From an uncultured Chloroflexia bacterium (GTDB lineage: Bacteria; Chloroflexota; Limnocylindria; Limnocylindrales; CSP1-4), in assembly GCA_963725745.1 (NCBI GenBank), contig CAVRZS010000003.1, positions 428,260 to 492,259 on the forward strand: a stretch of 64,000 nt of DNA, read 5' to 3'. Below, in pieces: positions 34,970-44,697 of the stretch. The notes beneath the pieces were generated by a model. The model made no database searches. It saw only the letters and a list, made by a program, of their open reading frames with translations, and had not been told where the DNA came from. How positions within the stretch are numbered: position 1 is the first letter of the stretch; every line of letters begins with the position of its first letter. Both the position numbers and the translations under genes were made by a program.

Positions 34970-35785
34970 CTATTGCGTGAGCCCGGCGCACTGGCCGATC
35001 CCCCTGCCGCCGACGATGCTCGGCGCCCCGCCGTCGAGGGGATTGACCTGCGCGGCCGGGACGTTGCCGTGACAGATGAGGTTGCCGCCGATCGTCTGCG
35101 GGACGATCGGGCCGCCGACGGCGCTCAGGTCGCTTCCCATGACCTCAGACGAGTCGGTGTCCACGCCGGGCCCGGTTTCCGGGTTCGACTGGCTGACGTT
35201 CCTCGAGAAGATCACATTCCCGTCGACCGTGTTCCGGATCAGCCCGATCCAGCCGCCGTGCCACCCCTTGACGACCAGGTTGCCGTGAATCACGTTGTCC
35301 TTGACCGGGAAGTTGCGGAAGTCCTCCTGCGACGTGCTCAGGACGCCGCCCCCGTTCGAGATCACGTTGCCGCCGACGGTGAGCTGGCCCAGCTGGAGCG
35401 CCAGCGGATGGTTGGCGATGATGTTGCCACCCACCGTGTCCGGTCCGAGGGTCCCCTCGCCACCCGGCGAGTTCCAGCCAAGGCCGAGGACCGCACCTCG
35501 GCCGACCTTGACGTTCCCCTTGACGTGCATCTCGCCATGAAGCCACATCTCGGCACCGTGGTCGTTCAGGCTGGCGCCTTTGGCGAGCCTCAGGTTGCCG
35601 TTGATCCACACGGTGGCGCCGAAGGCGATGTTGCACGTGCCGGTGACGGTGAAGCTGCTGTAGGTGCCCGCTGCCATCGTCCCGTTGGAGCAGGTCCCTG
35701 CGCCCGGGCCAGCGGCGAGAGCGACCCCGGGCGATGCCAGCGCCAGGAGCGCCACCAGGGTTCCGAGGATTCCGAGTCTGCGCAT
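34970..35785 (-). CDS. Secreted repeat protein, probable beta-helix (periodic GGN[IV]/GN[LV] motifs), Cys pairs at both ends
   Basis: ATG 35785 after CAGGAGG. Signal peptide MRRLGILGTLVALLALASPGVALA, then GNLRL, KGNVKVG, VGGNIIAN, VGGNVISN, HGNLVV, DGNVIF, GGNLICHGN. Confidence 0.6.
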   Translation of the reverse strand: MRRLGILGTLVALLALASPGVALAAGPGAGTCSNGTMAAGTYSSFTVTGTCNIAFGATVWINGNLRLAKGASLNDHGAEMWLHGEMHVKGNVKVGRGAVLGLGWNSPGGEGTLGPDTVGGNIIANHPLALQLGQLTVGGNVISNGGGVLSTSQEDFRNFPVKDNVIHGNLVVKGWHGGWIGLIRNTVDGNVIFSRNVSQSNPETGPGVDTDSSEVMGSDLSAVGGPIVPQTIGGNLICHGNVPAAQVNPLDGGAPSIVGGRGIGQCAGLTQ

Positions 35786-36064
35786 ACAAGCACCTCCTGT
35801 TGCGGGTCTGGCGACCCCGTGCTGCGACCGGTCGGAGGCAGACGGCGCCCGCCTCCACAACCCCCGGGAGCACCGCGCTGGGACGACGGCCAAGCCTCGC
35901 ACGGACGATCGTTCCGATCTCCGGGAGCCTGTACGCCGGTCGACCCGCGGCAACTCGACCTTAACACGTTCGCGACCATCGAACCACCGCGCGGCGCTCG
36001 CGCGGACCACGTTTCCCCGCCCGCAGCCATGCCACGGTCTGATGACAGGCGGATCAGGGTGTGA

Positions 36065-36931
36065 TCACGGGACGTACAGGGAGCGCCGCGGGATGCCCGT
36101 CTCCGCCGACACCTGGCGCGCCGCGTCGCCCCGGGCGGCGCCCGCGGCCATCAGCGTCTCGACGCGTGTGCGGGCGGCCGCCAGCGAGACGTTCGCGTCA
36201 TCCGGATCGACGGCCCCGCTGACCGACCAGCCGACCACGATGACGACCTCCCCGCGCGCGGGGATGGCGCCGTCGAGCGCCGCTGCGGCCAACTCGGCGA
36301 GCGGCCCCCGCACGACCTGCTCGTGGAGCTTGGTGAGCTCGCGGCACACGGCGCCGGGCCGCTCGGGACCGCAGGCGGCGGCAAGGTCGCGCAGGGTCGC
36401 CGCCAACCGGCCGGGTGCCTCGAACACCAGCGTGCCCCGGTCATCGGCCGCGATCCGGGCCAGGCGTTCGCGACGGTCGCGGCCGGAGCGGGGCAGGAAC
36501 CCCTCGAACGACCAGCGCGGGCCCGCGACGCCGCTCGCGGCGACCGCCGCCAGGACCGACGACGCCCCGGGGATCGGCACGACGCGCCCGCCGGCCGCCG
36601 CCCACGCCGCCACGAGCCCCTCGCCGGGGTCGGACACGACAGGCGTGCCGGCGTCGGTGATGAGCGCGAGGTCGGCGCCCCCTTCGAGATGCGCCAGCAG
36701 CTCGCGTTCGCGTGCCGGCCCGCTCTGGGCGTGGTAGCTGGTCGTCCGGGTGGCGATCTCGTAGCGGTCGAGCAGGCGCCGGCTGATGCGCGTGTCCTCG
36801 GCGGCGATCAGCGGGACGGCGCGCAGCACCTCGAGCGCCCGCATCGTGACGTCGCCCAGGTTCCCGATCGGCGTGGCGACGACATACAGCGTGCCGCGGG
36901 CCACCGTCCCGCCCGCATTGGCGTCCGCCAT
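36065..36931 (-). CDS. rsmI: 16S rRNA (cytidine1402-2'-O)-methyltransferase
   Basis: ATG 36931: MADANAGGTVARGTLYVVATPIGNLGDVTMRALEVL...IAAEDTR...TDAGTPVVSDPG...GASSVLAA...FEGFLP...RELTKLHE. Confidence 0.88.
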   Translation of the reverse strand: MADANAGGTVARGTLYVVATPIGNLGDVTMRALEVLRAVPLIAAEDTRISRRLLDRYEIATRTTSYHAQSGPARERELLAHLEGGADLALITDAGTPVVSDPGEGLVAAWAAAGGRVVPIPGASSVLAAVAASGVAGPRWSFEGFLPRSGRDRRERLARIAADDRGTLVFEAPGRLAATLRDLAAACGPERPGAVCRELTKLHEQVVRGPLAELAAAALDGAIPARGEVVIVVGWSVSGAVDPDDANVSLAAARTRVETLMAAGAARGDAARQVSAETGIPRRSLYVP

Positions 36932-36933
36932 CG

Positions 36934-37827
36934 TCAGGGTCGGGCCGAGCCGGGCCTGCGCCGCGGGTACAGGTAGTCGACGCCGGCGGTCCGCGGCCCC
37001 AGCTTGGCGATCGGCGGGACCTGGCGCTTGAACTCGGCGCCCGCGACCATCCGGTCCACCCGCTCCACCAGGGCCCGGTCGAAGCCCATGGCGACCATCT
37101 CCTCGACCGAGCGCCGCTTGTCGATCCGCCAGAACAGCAGCCGGTCCAGCTCGTGGTAGGTGAAGCCGGCCTCCGTCTCGTCGGTCTGCCCGGGCCACAG
37201 ATCGGCCGATGGCGCCTTGCGGATGATCGCCTCGGGCACGCCGATGTCCGCCGACAGCTGGCGAACCTGGCTCTTGTACAGGTCGCCGACTGGGTTGAAC
37301 GCGCACGCGGAGTCCCCGAACAGCGTCGTGTATCCGATCAGCGCCTCGGTCTTGTTGCCCGTCCCGACGACCAGGCCCTGCCAGCCGACGGAGCGGTCGT
37401 ACAGCACGCTCATGCGCATCCGGGCCATGAAGTTCCCGCGCCGGAGCGGCGACGCCTCGAGGCCTTCGGCGCCAGCTGCGCCGGGGACACCGTCGGACCC
37501 GTAGTACCCCTCGACCATCGGGCTGATGTCGACCAGCTCCGACGCGCAGCCCAGCCGCTCGACGACCGTCTCGGCGTCGCCGCGCGACTCGGGCGACGAC
37601 GTCCGGTACGGCATCAGGACGCACAGGAGCCGCTCGGCGCCGATCGCCTCGGCCACCAGGTACGCGACCAGCGCGGAATCGATCCCGCCCGACAGCCCGA
37701 GCACCGCGCGCTCGAAGCCGGCCTGGGCCAGCTGGCCGCGCACGAATTCGGCGATGACCCGCCGCGCGACGCCCGTGTCGATCGCGAGCTCGTCGGGCAG
37801 CACGAACATCGCGGCGCCCTCGGTCAT
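36934..37827 (-). CDS. nadE: NAD+ synthetase, synthetase (ATP-pyrophosphatase) subunit
   Basis: The ATG at 37827 overlaps the stop of the upstream CN-hydrolase gene (ATGA). GLSGGIDSALVAYL...GTGNKTE..IGYTTLFGD...PSADLWPGQTDE. Confidence 0.88.
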   Translation of the reverse strand: MTEGAAMFVLPDELAIDTGVARRVIAEFVRGQLAQAGFERAVLGLSGGIDSALVAYLVAEAIGAERLLCVLMPYRTSSPESRGDAETVVERLGCASELVDISPMVEGYYGSDGVPGAAGAEGLEASPLRRGNFMARMRMSVLYDRSVGWQGLVVGTGNKTEALIGYTTLFGDSACAFNPVGDLYKSQVRQLSADIGVPEAIIRKAPSADLWPGQTDETEAGFTYHELDRLLFWRIDKRRSVEEMVAMGFDRALVERVDRMVAGAEFKRQVPPIAKLGPRTAGVDYLYPRRRPGSARP

Positions 37828-38840
37828 CGGTCGGACGCGCTGGGCGCCGTGGGTTCGGGCTCGCCGTCGGGTCCGGCCGCGCCGGCCGCGCTGGCGGCGT
37901 CGACCGCCACGTCGGTGCCGTCGACCGCCACGTCGAAGCCGTCCTGCGATCCCGGCTCCGCCGTGTTGTCGACCGCGAGGCCGGACCGCTCCGCGATCAG
38001 CCGCCGCCATTCCCGGGCGACCAGCTCCGGGCGCTCGTCGCGCAGCAGCGGCAGCGAGATGCGCTCGCGACGGACGTCCCCGAGGTCGAGGTCCGCGAAG
38101 AACAGGCCCTCGTCGAACAGCGGCGCCGAGAACACGGCGGCCCCGCCCGGTCCAATGACCTCCGACCCGCCCCAGAACGAGATCGACTCGTCCACGCCGA
38201 CCCGGTTGCAGAACACCACGAACGACGTCGTCAGCTGCGCGTACGTGCGCATCAGCGTCCGCCACGAGTTCGCCGTCCCGAGCCCGACCTCGCTCGTGCG
38301 CGCCAGGTCGCGGCCGGGCGACGACGACACGTTGACGAGGATCTGCGCCCCGTCGAGCGCGAGCAGCTGGGGCGTCGAGAGGTGCCAGAAGTCCTCGCAG
38401 ATCGCGAGGCCGACGCCCACACCCAGCCGCGACGGCGTCGCGCGCACCTGGTCGCCCGGGGCGAAGAACCGTCGCTCGTCGAACAGGCCGTAGGTGGGCA
38501 GGTGCACCTTGCGGTGGACGTGCCGGATGTCGCCGTCCTCGAGCAGGGCGGCGGCGATGAACAGGCGATGGTCGGCGGACTCCTCGACGAACGACACGAT
38601 CGCCGACAGGCCATGGGTCAGGGCCGCGAGCGACGCCAACCGCGCGTCATCGAGCCGCATCGCCACATCCGCCGCCAGGTCCTGGAGCTGGTACCCGGTC
38701 AGCCCGAGCTCGGGGAACACCACCAGGCCCGCACCACCCGAGCGCGCCTTCTCGAGCAGGTCCCGGTGGCGCACGAGGTTCGCCTCGAGGTCCCCGAGGC
38801 GGGGCGCGAGCTGGGCGAGGGCGATGCGGAGCGGCTGCAC
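37824..38840 (-). CDS. Carbon-nitrogen hydrolase family protein, probable glutaminase partner of NadE, with ~55-aa acidic/Ala-rich tail
   Basis: GTG 38840. MQPLRIALAQL...VVFPELGLTGY...HRKVHLPTYG.FDE...GLAICEDFWH (Glu-Lys-Cys triad context). Confidence 0.85.
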   Translation of the reverse strand: MQPLRIALAQLAPRLGDLEANLVRHRDLLEKARSGGAGLVVFPELGLTGYQLQDLAADVAMRLDDARLASLAALTHGLSAIVSFVEESADHRLFIAAALLEDGDIRHVHRKVHLPTYGLFDERRFFAPGDQVRATPSRLGVGVGLAICEDFWHLSTPQLLALDGAQILVNVSSSPGRDLARTSEVGLGTANSWRTLMRTYAQLTTSFVVFCNRVGVDESISFWGGSEVIGPGGAAVFSAPLFDEGLFFADLDLGDVRRERISLPLLRDERPELVAREWRRLIAERSGLAVDNTAEPGSQDGFDVAVDGTDVAVDAASAAGAAGPDGEPEPTAPSASDR

Positions 38841-38849
38841 GCCCCGAGT

Positions 38850-39435
38850 CTAGGCCCCGTCGCCCCCCTGGGGAGCGGCCGGCGCCGACGGCGCGGCCGC
38901 CGGACCGGACGCGGGGGAATCGGACCCCGCACCGGACGCGGGGGGACCGGAGCCAGCGCCCGCGGGTCCCGTCGCCTGACCCGTGGATTGGCGCTGTTCG
39001 CTGGAGCCGTCGACCTCGCTGGCGAAATGGCAGGCCACGTCGTGACCCGTCGACAGCGGCGCCAGCTTCGGGACCTCGTCCACGCATCATTCGGGGTTCC
39101 CGAGCCGCTCGCGGAGCCAGCAGCGCGTGTGGAAGTGGCAGCCGGCGGGCGGGTTCACCGGGGACGGAACGTCACCGCGCAGGATGATCCGGCGACGATG
39201 GCGCTCGATCGCCGGGTTGGGAATGGGAACGGCCGAGAGCAGCGCCACCGTGTACGGATGGAGCGGCCGGCGGTTCGGCTCCCGCGACGGCGCCAGCTCT
39301 ACGATCCGCCCGAGATACATCACCGCGATCCGGTCGCTGATGTGCCGAACGACCGACAGGTCGTGGGCGATGAACAGGTAGGTCAGCCCGAGGCGGCCCT
39401 GCAGCTTCTCGAGCAGGTTGATGATCGGCGTACCC
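38850..39435 (-). pseudogene. 5'-truncated Opp/Dpp-type ABC ATPase remnant (paralogue of 41341..42657) with an in-frame TGA
   Basis: Only the C-terminal part is present: [46 protein letters not shown]...[12 protein letters not shown]...[48 protein letters not shown]. Walker A, the signature motif and Walker B are missing. The TGA at 39087..39089 sits where the intact copy has Arg ([12 protein letters not shown]). Confidence 0.75.
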
Positions 39436-39582
39436 AGACCGCGAATCGTCGCTAGCCGAAGGAGGCCTGCGAGACCGCGAGCGAGCCGGTCGGGTCGCGA
39501 ATGCTAGGCTGGCCGCCGTCCGACGTTCGGCGCCGCCGAGCTCGACGATGTCTCGTCGCCCTCGCCAGGAGCCGACCCGACG

Positions 39583-41304
39583 ATGCCGACGCGCCGTCCC
39601 GCCCAGTGGGCCCTCTCTCTCGCCGTCAGCGCGCTCATCGCCGCGGCCTGCGACGCGGGGCCGGTCGTCACCGGCCCGCCCGGGATCGCCGGCCCGAGCA
39701 ACGCGCCGTCGTCCTCGGCCGCCGCCCCCACGGAGGAGCCGTTCACGGCTGCCTCGTGGCCCGCGGACGGGACGGCATGCGGCACCGAGGGCTACACCGG
39801 CAGCCTCGGCCGGATCGAGGCCCCGGACGCCCGGACGGTCCGGTTCACCCTCTGCTCCCCCGATGGCGCGTTCCTCGCCCGGGTGGCCCATCCCGCGCTG
39901 GGCGTGCTGGACGCGGCAGAGATCGACCGCATCGCCACGTCGCCTGAGGCGGCCAGGGACCTGGCCGGAACCGGGCCCTACCGGATCGACGCCTGGACGC
40001 CGGGCCAGAACGTGCGTCTCGTCCGCGTCGCCCCCGACGCATCGGCCGACGCCAAGGTGCCCAAGCTCGTGCTGACGTGGTCCGACGACTCGACCCAGCG
40101 CACCGGCGGCCTCCAGTCGGCGACCGTCGATGGCATCGACGCCCCGGGTCCGCTGGACATCGAGCGCATCGCCACCCTGCCTGAGCTCGCGGTCGTCCCG
40201 CGCGACGGCATCGCGACGGCGTATCTCGCGTTCGGGACCGGCGACGGGCTGGGCAAGGTCGCCGTCCGGAGGGCGCTGGCCGCCAGCCTCGACCGCGACA
40301 CGCTGACGAGCGAGGACTTCGCGCCGGGATCGACGACGGCGACCCACGTCGCCCCGTGCGAGATCGAGGCCGCCTGCGGCGGCGACGACTGGTACGAGTT
40401 CAACGCGCCGGCCGCGAGCGCGGCCCTGGCGGCGGCCGGGTTCGACCTCGGCGATACCTACCGGCTCCACGTCCCTGACCGCCCGATCCCCGGCCTGCCC
40501 GACCCGGCCGGGCTGGCGGCGGCCGTCGCCGCCCAGCTCGAGGAGAACGTCGGGCTGCACACCGAGATCGACACGATGCCGGTCTCCGACTACCTGGACG
40601 AACTCGCCAGCGGCAAGCTGGACGGCCTCTACCTGGGCGGTGTGGGCTCCACCGTCGCCGACCCCGAGGCGTTCCTCGAGCCCCTGTTCGGGCGAGGCAA
40701 CAAGTCGACGCCCGCCGCCCGGACGCCGCGCGCAGCGGCCGCCCTCGCCGATGCTGCCGCGACTGCCGACCCAGCCGCCCGCGCGGCCGCGTTCACAAGG
40801 GCCAACGGCGCGATCCGGGACTCGGCGGCGCTGATCCCGCTGGCCCACCCGGGGTCGGTGACGGCGTTCCGATCTGACGTCAGCGGCGTGGCCACGTCCC
40901 CGCTCGGGCTCGACCCGCTGGGCACGTTTACCCCGGGCGATCGCAAGCAGCTCGTGTTCATGCAGTCGACGGAGCCCGATGGCGCCTACTGCGGCGACCA
41001 GGCATCGCCCGACGCCTACCGGCTGTGCGGCCTCGTCGTCGAGGGACTGTACGGCTTCGACCCGGGCACGCTCACGATCGAGCCGCGGCTCGCCCAGCGC
41101 TGTGAGCCCGACGCGCAGGCGCTCGTGTGGACCTGTCGCCTGCGCCAGGGGGTCACCTACAGCGACGGCGCACGGCTCGATGCCGGAGACGTCCTGGCCT
41201 CGTACGTCGCGCAGTGGGATCGGTCGCAGCCGATGCGCAGCGGATCGGATGCGCCATTCAGCGCCTGGGACGAGCTGTTCGGCGACACCATCGGCGGGCC
41301 GTAG
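39583..41304 (+). CDS. Family-5 (Opp/Dpp/Nik-type) solute-binding lipoprotein with circularly permuted segment order
   Basis: Lipobox LIAAAC. The mid-family block (TVRFTLCSPDGAFLARVA...GTGPYRIDAW) comes first. The usual C-terminal end (ALIPLAHPGSVTAFRSDVSGVATSPLG) runs straight into the usual N-terminal block (QLVFMQSTEPDG...VVEGLYGFDP..IEPRLAQRCEP...WTCRLRQGVTYSDGARLDAGDVLASY). Confidence 0.8.
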   Translation: MPTRRPAQWALSLAVSALIAAACDAGPVVTGPPGIAGPSNAPSSSAAAPTEEPFTAASWPADGTACGTEGYTGSLGRIEAPDARTVRFTLCSPDGAFLARVAHPALGVLDAAEIDRIATSPEAARDLAGTGPYRIDAWTPGQNVRLVRVAPDASADAKVPKLVLTWSDDSTQRTGGLQSATVDGIDAPGPLDIERIATLPELAVVPRDGIATAYLAFGTGDGLGKVAVRRALAASLDRDTLTSEDFAPGSTTATHVAPCEIEAACGGDDWYEFNAPAASAALAAAGFDLGDTYRLHVPDRPIPGLPDPAGLAAAVAAQLEENVGLHTEIDTMPVSDYLDELASGKLDGLYLGGVGSTVADPEAFLEPLFGRGNKSTPAARTPRAAAALADAAATADPAARAAAFTRANGAIRDSAALIPLAHPGSVTAFRSDVSGVATSPLGLDPLGTFTPGDRKQLVFMQSTEPDGAYCGDQASPDAYRLCGLVVEGLYGFDPGTLTIEPRLAQRCEPDAQALVWTCRLRQGVTYSDGARLDAGDVLASYVAQWDRSQPMRSGSDAPFSAWDELFGDTIGGP

Positions 41305-41340
41305 CCGCCGGCCGATCGACCCGCGGCGGACGTCGCCGGC

Positions 41341-42657
41341 TCAGCCTTGACCGGACTCCGTGCCGCCCGCGCTCGACGCCGAGGCGGCGCTCCCGGTGCC
41401 GTTCTCGGCCCCCGCCTGCTCGGCGGGAACGGTCGTATCGGCCATCGCCGCCATCGCCGCCGTCGCCCCGGCCGCGGCCGCGGTGGCCTCCGCAACCGTC
41501 GTCGGCGCCGGCTCCAGGGGGGCCGCTGCCGCGACCGTCTCGGGCTGGGGAACGGGCGCCGCCGAGACCGGCTGCGCGTCATCGCCGTAGGCGACAGCGC
41601 GCAGCGAGTCCTCGACCCGCTCGGCGAAGTGGCAGGCCACCTGGTGGCCCTCGCCGAGGTCGCGGAACTCGGGCACCTCGGCCGAGCACCGCTCGGGGTT
41701 GCCCAGGCGCTCGCGCAGCCAGCAGCGCGTATGGAACCGGCACCCGGACGGCGGTGCCGCCGGCGACGGCACGTCGCCCTGGAGGACGATCCGCGGCTTG
41801 CGGACGCGGGGATCGGGGTCCGGCACGGCCGACAGGAGCGCGACCGTATACGGATGCAGCGGGTGGTCGTAGAGCTCCTGGGCCGTGGCCAGCTCCGCCA
41901 TCTTGCCCAGGTACATCACGCCGACGCGGTCGCTGATGTAGCGCACGACCGAGAGGTTGTGGGCCACGAACAGGTAGGTGAGCGAGAACTGTTCGCGCAG
42001 GTCCAGGAGCAGGTTGAGCACCTGGGACTGGATCGACACGTCGAGGGCGGAAACGGGCTCGTCCGCGAAGATGAACTCCGGGTCCAGCGCGATCGCCCGC
42101 GCGATGCCGATCCGCTGGCGCTGGCCGCCGGAGAACTCGTGCGGGTAGCGGCGGGCATAGTCGCGTCGCAGGCCGACCACCTCGAGGTAATCGCCGACCC
42201 GCTTGTCGCGGACCGCGCGCTTGCCCCAGCCGTTCTCCTCGGTCGCCTGCGCCAGCAGGCCCTCCCCGATCAAGTCGCTGACGGGCATGCGCGGGTTCAG
42301 GGAGGCGACCGGGTCCTGGAACACGATCTGCATCCGGCGGCGGACGGTCTTCTTGTCGACGCCGGCGAACCCGATGATCTCCTTGCCGTCGAGCAACGCG
42401 CTGCCGCCGGTGGCCTTCTCGAGGTTGAGCAGCGTGCGGCCGAGGGTCGTCTTGCCGCAGCCGGATTCACCGACCAGGCCCAGGACCTCGCCGCGCTTGA
42501 TGTCGAAGCTCACGCCGTCGACCGCGTACACGTGACCCGCGACGCGGCGCAGGATCCCCGCCCGGATCGGGTAGTAGGTCTTGAGGTCCTTGATGGACAG
42601 CATGGTCTGGCCCTTGACGCCCCAGTCCGTGCCCCTGCCCTTCTCGGAGACGGTCAT
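41341..42657 (-). CDS. Oligopeptide/dipeptide ABC transporter ATP-binding protein (OppF/DppF-like) with ~100-aa Ala-rich C-terminal tail
   Basis: The ATG at 42657 overlaps the upstream stop (ATGA). [17 protein letters not shown] ([13 protein letters not shown]), [18 protein letters not shown]. Confidence 0.9.
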   Translation of the reverse strand: MTVSEKGRGTDWGVKGQTMLSIKDLKTYYPIRAGILRRVAGHVYAVDGVSFDIKRGEVLGLVGESGCGKTTLGRTLLNLEKATGGSALLDGKEIIGFAGVDKKTVRRRMQIVFQDPVASLNPRMPVSDLIGEGLLAQATEENGWGKRAVRDKRVGDYLEVVGLRRDYARRYPHEFSGGQRQRIGIARAIALDPEFIFADEPVSALDVSIQSQVLNLLLDLREQFSLTYLFVAHNLSVVRYISDRVGVMYLGKMAELATAQELYDHPLHPYTVALLSAVPDPDPRVRKPRIVLQGDVPSPAAPPSGCRFHTRCWLRERLGNPERCSAEVPEFRDLGEGHQVACHFAERVEDSLRAVAYGDDAQPVSAAPVPQPETVAAAAPLEPAPTTVAEATAAAAGATAAMAAMADTTVPAEQAGAENGTGSAASASSAGGTESGQG

Positions 42658-43730
42658 GAGACCGCCTCGGGCGCCGGCGCGTCGTACTCGGCCAGGCGAG
42701 CCTTGAACCGCTCGTCGTGGAGCCAGCAGCGCGACGCGCGCTCGGGACCCAGGGCGATCAGGTCGGGCTCCGATTCGTTGCAAATCTCCCACGCGTAGTT
42801 GCAGCGCGGGGCGAACTTGCAGCCGGCCGGCATCCGGAACGGGTTGGGCACGACCCCGCGAATGGCTGACAGCCGTTGGCCGAGCTTGGCCGTCGAGGGA
42901 ATCGAATCGAGCAGGCCGCGCGTATATGGATGGCGGGGGTTGAGGAGCACCTCCTCGACCGTGCCCGTTTCCACCACCCGGCCGCCGTACATCACGGCGA
43001 TGTCGTCCACGGTCTCGGCGACGACGCCGAGGTCGTGGGTGATCAGCAGGAGCGCCGTGCCGGTGCGGTCCTGGATTCCCTTGATCAGCTCCAGGATCTG
43101 GCGCTGGATCGTGACGTCGAGCGCCGTCGTCGGCTCGTCGGCGATGATCAGGCGCGGGCTGCAGCTGAGCGCCATGGCGATCATGATCCGCTGGCGCATG
43201 CCACCCGAGAGCTCGTGCGGGTACTGCGTCAGCCGCCGCTTGGGGTCAGGGACGCCCACGTCCATCAGCGACTTGAGCGCGATCTCCTTGGCGCCCTTCT
43301 TGTCCACGTCATGGTGAAGCAGGACGGCCTCTGAGATCTGGTCGCCGACCGTCAGCACGGGGTTGAGCGACGTCATCGGCTCCTGGAACACCATCGCAAT
43401 CTCGCTGCCGCGGATCTTGCGGATCTCGTCGTCCGACAGCTTGAGCAGGTCGGTGCCGTCGAACAGGATCTCGCCACTGACGATCTTGCCCGGGGGCGAG
43501 TCGATGAGCCGCATGATCGAAAGGGCGGTGACGCTCTTGCCGGAGCCCGACTCGCCGACCACGGCCAGGCGCCCACCCTTGCGCAACTGGAAGCTGACGC
43601 CGTCCACCGCCTTGACGGTGCCATCGAGGACGTTGAAATGGGTGTGCAGGTCGCGGACGTCGAGGAGGACATCCCCGACGCCCGCCCGGCGCACGCGTGC
43701 TGAGGCCTCGGGTATCGCCTGCCCCGTCAA
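42654..43730 (-). CDS. Oligopeptide/dipeptide ABC transporter ATP-binding protein (OppD/DppD-like)
   Basis: The TTG at 43730 overlaps the permease stop (TTGA). [36 protein letters not shown]. Confidence 0.9.
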   Translation of the reverse strand: MTGQAIPEASARVRRAGVGDVLLDVRDLHTHFNVLDGTVKAVDGVSFQLRKGGRLAVVGESGSGKSVTALSIMRLIDSPPGKIVSGEILFDGTDLLKLSDDEIRKIRGSEIAMVFQEPMTSLNPVLTVGDQISEAVLLHHDVDKKGAKEIALKSLMDVGVPDPKRRLTQYPHELSGGMRQRIMIAMALSCSPRLIIADEPTTALDVTIQRQILELIKGIQDRTGTALLLITHDLGVVAETVDDIAVMYGGRVVETGTVEEVLLNPRHPYTRGLLDSIPSTAKLGQRLSAIRGVVPNPFRMPAGCKFAPRCNYAWEICNESEPDLIALGPERASRCWLHDERFKARLAEYDAPAPEAVS

Positions 43731-44695
43731 ATCTTTGCTCGCGGGTCGAGCGCGTCCTGCAGGCCGTCCCCCATGAAGTTGATCCCCAGCACGATGATGA
43801 CGATCGCCAGGCCCGGGAAGCACGCCCACCACCAGTTGCCGACGGAGATGTACTCCAGCGACCCGCTGAGGATGTTGCCCAGCGTCGGCGTGGTCACGGC
43901 GACCCCGTAACCCAGGTAGCTCACGAACGCCTCGCCGATGATCACCGAGGCGACCGACAGCGTGGCCGCGACGATGATCGGCGACAGCGAGTTGGGCAGC
44001 AGGTGGCGGAAGATGATCCGTCTCGACGACACCCCGGCGGCCCGCGCGGCATCGACGTAGTCCTCTTCGCGCAGCTGCAGCAGCACGCTGCGCACGAGTC
44101 GGGAGATCCCGAGCCAGCCGAACAGGCCGAAGATCAACGTGACCGAGACCCAGCTGCCGGCCCCGAGGAAGCGGGTGAACACGAGGATCAGGAACAGGAT
44201 CGGCAGCGCCAGCAGGGAGTCGACGATCCGCATCAGCAGCGCGTCCGTGCGGCCCCCGAAGTAGCCCGCGGCGCCGCCGACGAGCGTACCCAGGACCACG
44301 GAGATGGACGTGGCAAGGACCCCGATGACGAGCGAGAAGCGGATGCCGTTCATGACCAGCACGAACACGTCGCGCTGGAGGCCGCCGGTCTCGCCGAACG
44401 GCCGGAACGGCACGAGGCTGGGCGGACGACCAGCATGCACGAACTGGTCGGGCGCCGGGATCTTGAGGTAGTCAAAGGGGAGGAAGATCGGCGCCACCAA
44501 TCCCAGCACGCACATGCCCAGGAACAGCGTGGAGCCGACGACGGCCATGCGGTGGCGCTTGAACCGCTTCCACGTCAGCTGGAATTGGTTGAGCGACTCG
44601 AGCTGGACGTCGTAGTCGGGCGAGGCCGCGTCCGTCGGCGCGATCTCCTCGATCTCGGCGGGGATGACGGCGTGGAGCGGTTCAGACTTGTTCAT
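43727..44695 (-). CDS. ABC transporter permease (OppC/DppC-like)
   Basis: ATG 44695: MNKSEPLH...; TM segments and the BPD_transp_1 EAA-like loop ([23 protein letters not shown]). Confidence 0.9.
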   Translation of the reverse strand: MNKSEPLHAVIPAEIEEIAPTDAASPDYDVQLESLNQFQLTWKRFKRHRMAVVGSTLFLGMCVLGLVAPIFLPFDYLKIPAPDQFVHAGRPPSLVPFRPFGETGGLQRDVFVLVMNGIRFSLVIGVLATSISVVLGTLVGGAAGYFGGRTDALLMRIVDSLLALPILFLILVFTRFLGAGSWVSVTLIFGLFGWLGISRLVRSVLLQLREEDYVDAARAAGVSSRRIIFRHLLPNSLSPIIVAATLSVASVIIGEAFVSYLGYGVAVTTPTLGNILSGSLEYISVGNWWWACFPGLAIVIIVLGINFMGDGLQDALDPRAKI

Positions 44696-44697
44696 GA

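Noticed and set aside
35181-35190. tRNA-like GGTTCGA T-loop motif
   Set aside because: It lies inside the beta-helix protein CDS with no acceptor or anticodon stem context. I found no tRNA or rRNA anywhere in the window.
36934-38840. Frame-shifted single-polypeptide NadE
   Set aside because: The junction is an exact ATGA overlap with a plausible Met start for the synthetase domain. I kept it as a split enzyme, though the indel rate of this assembly means it should be verified.
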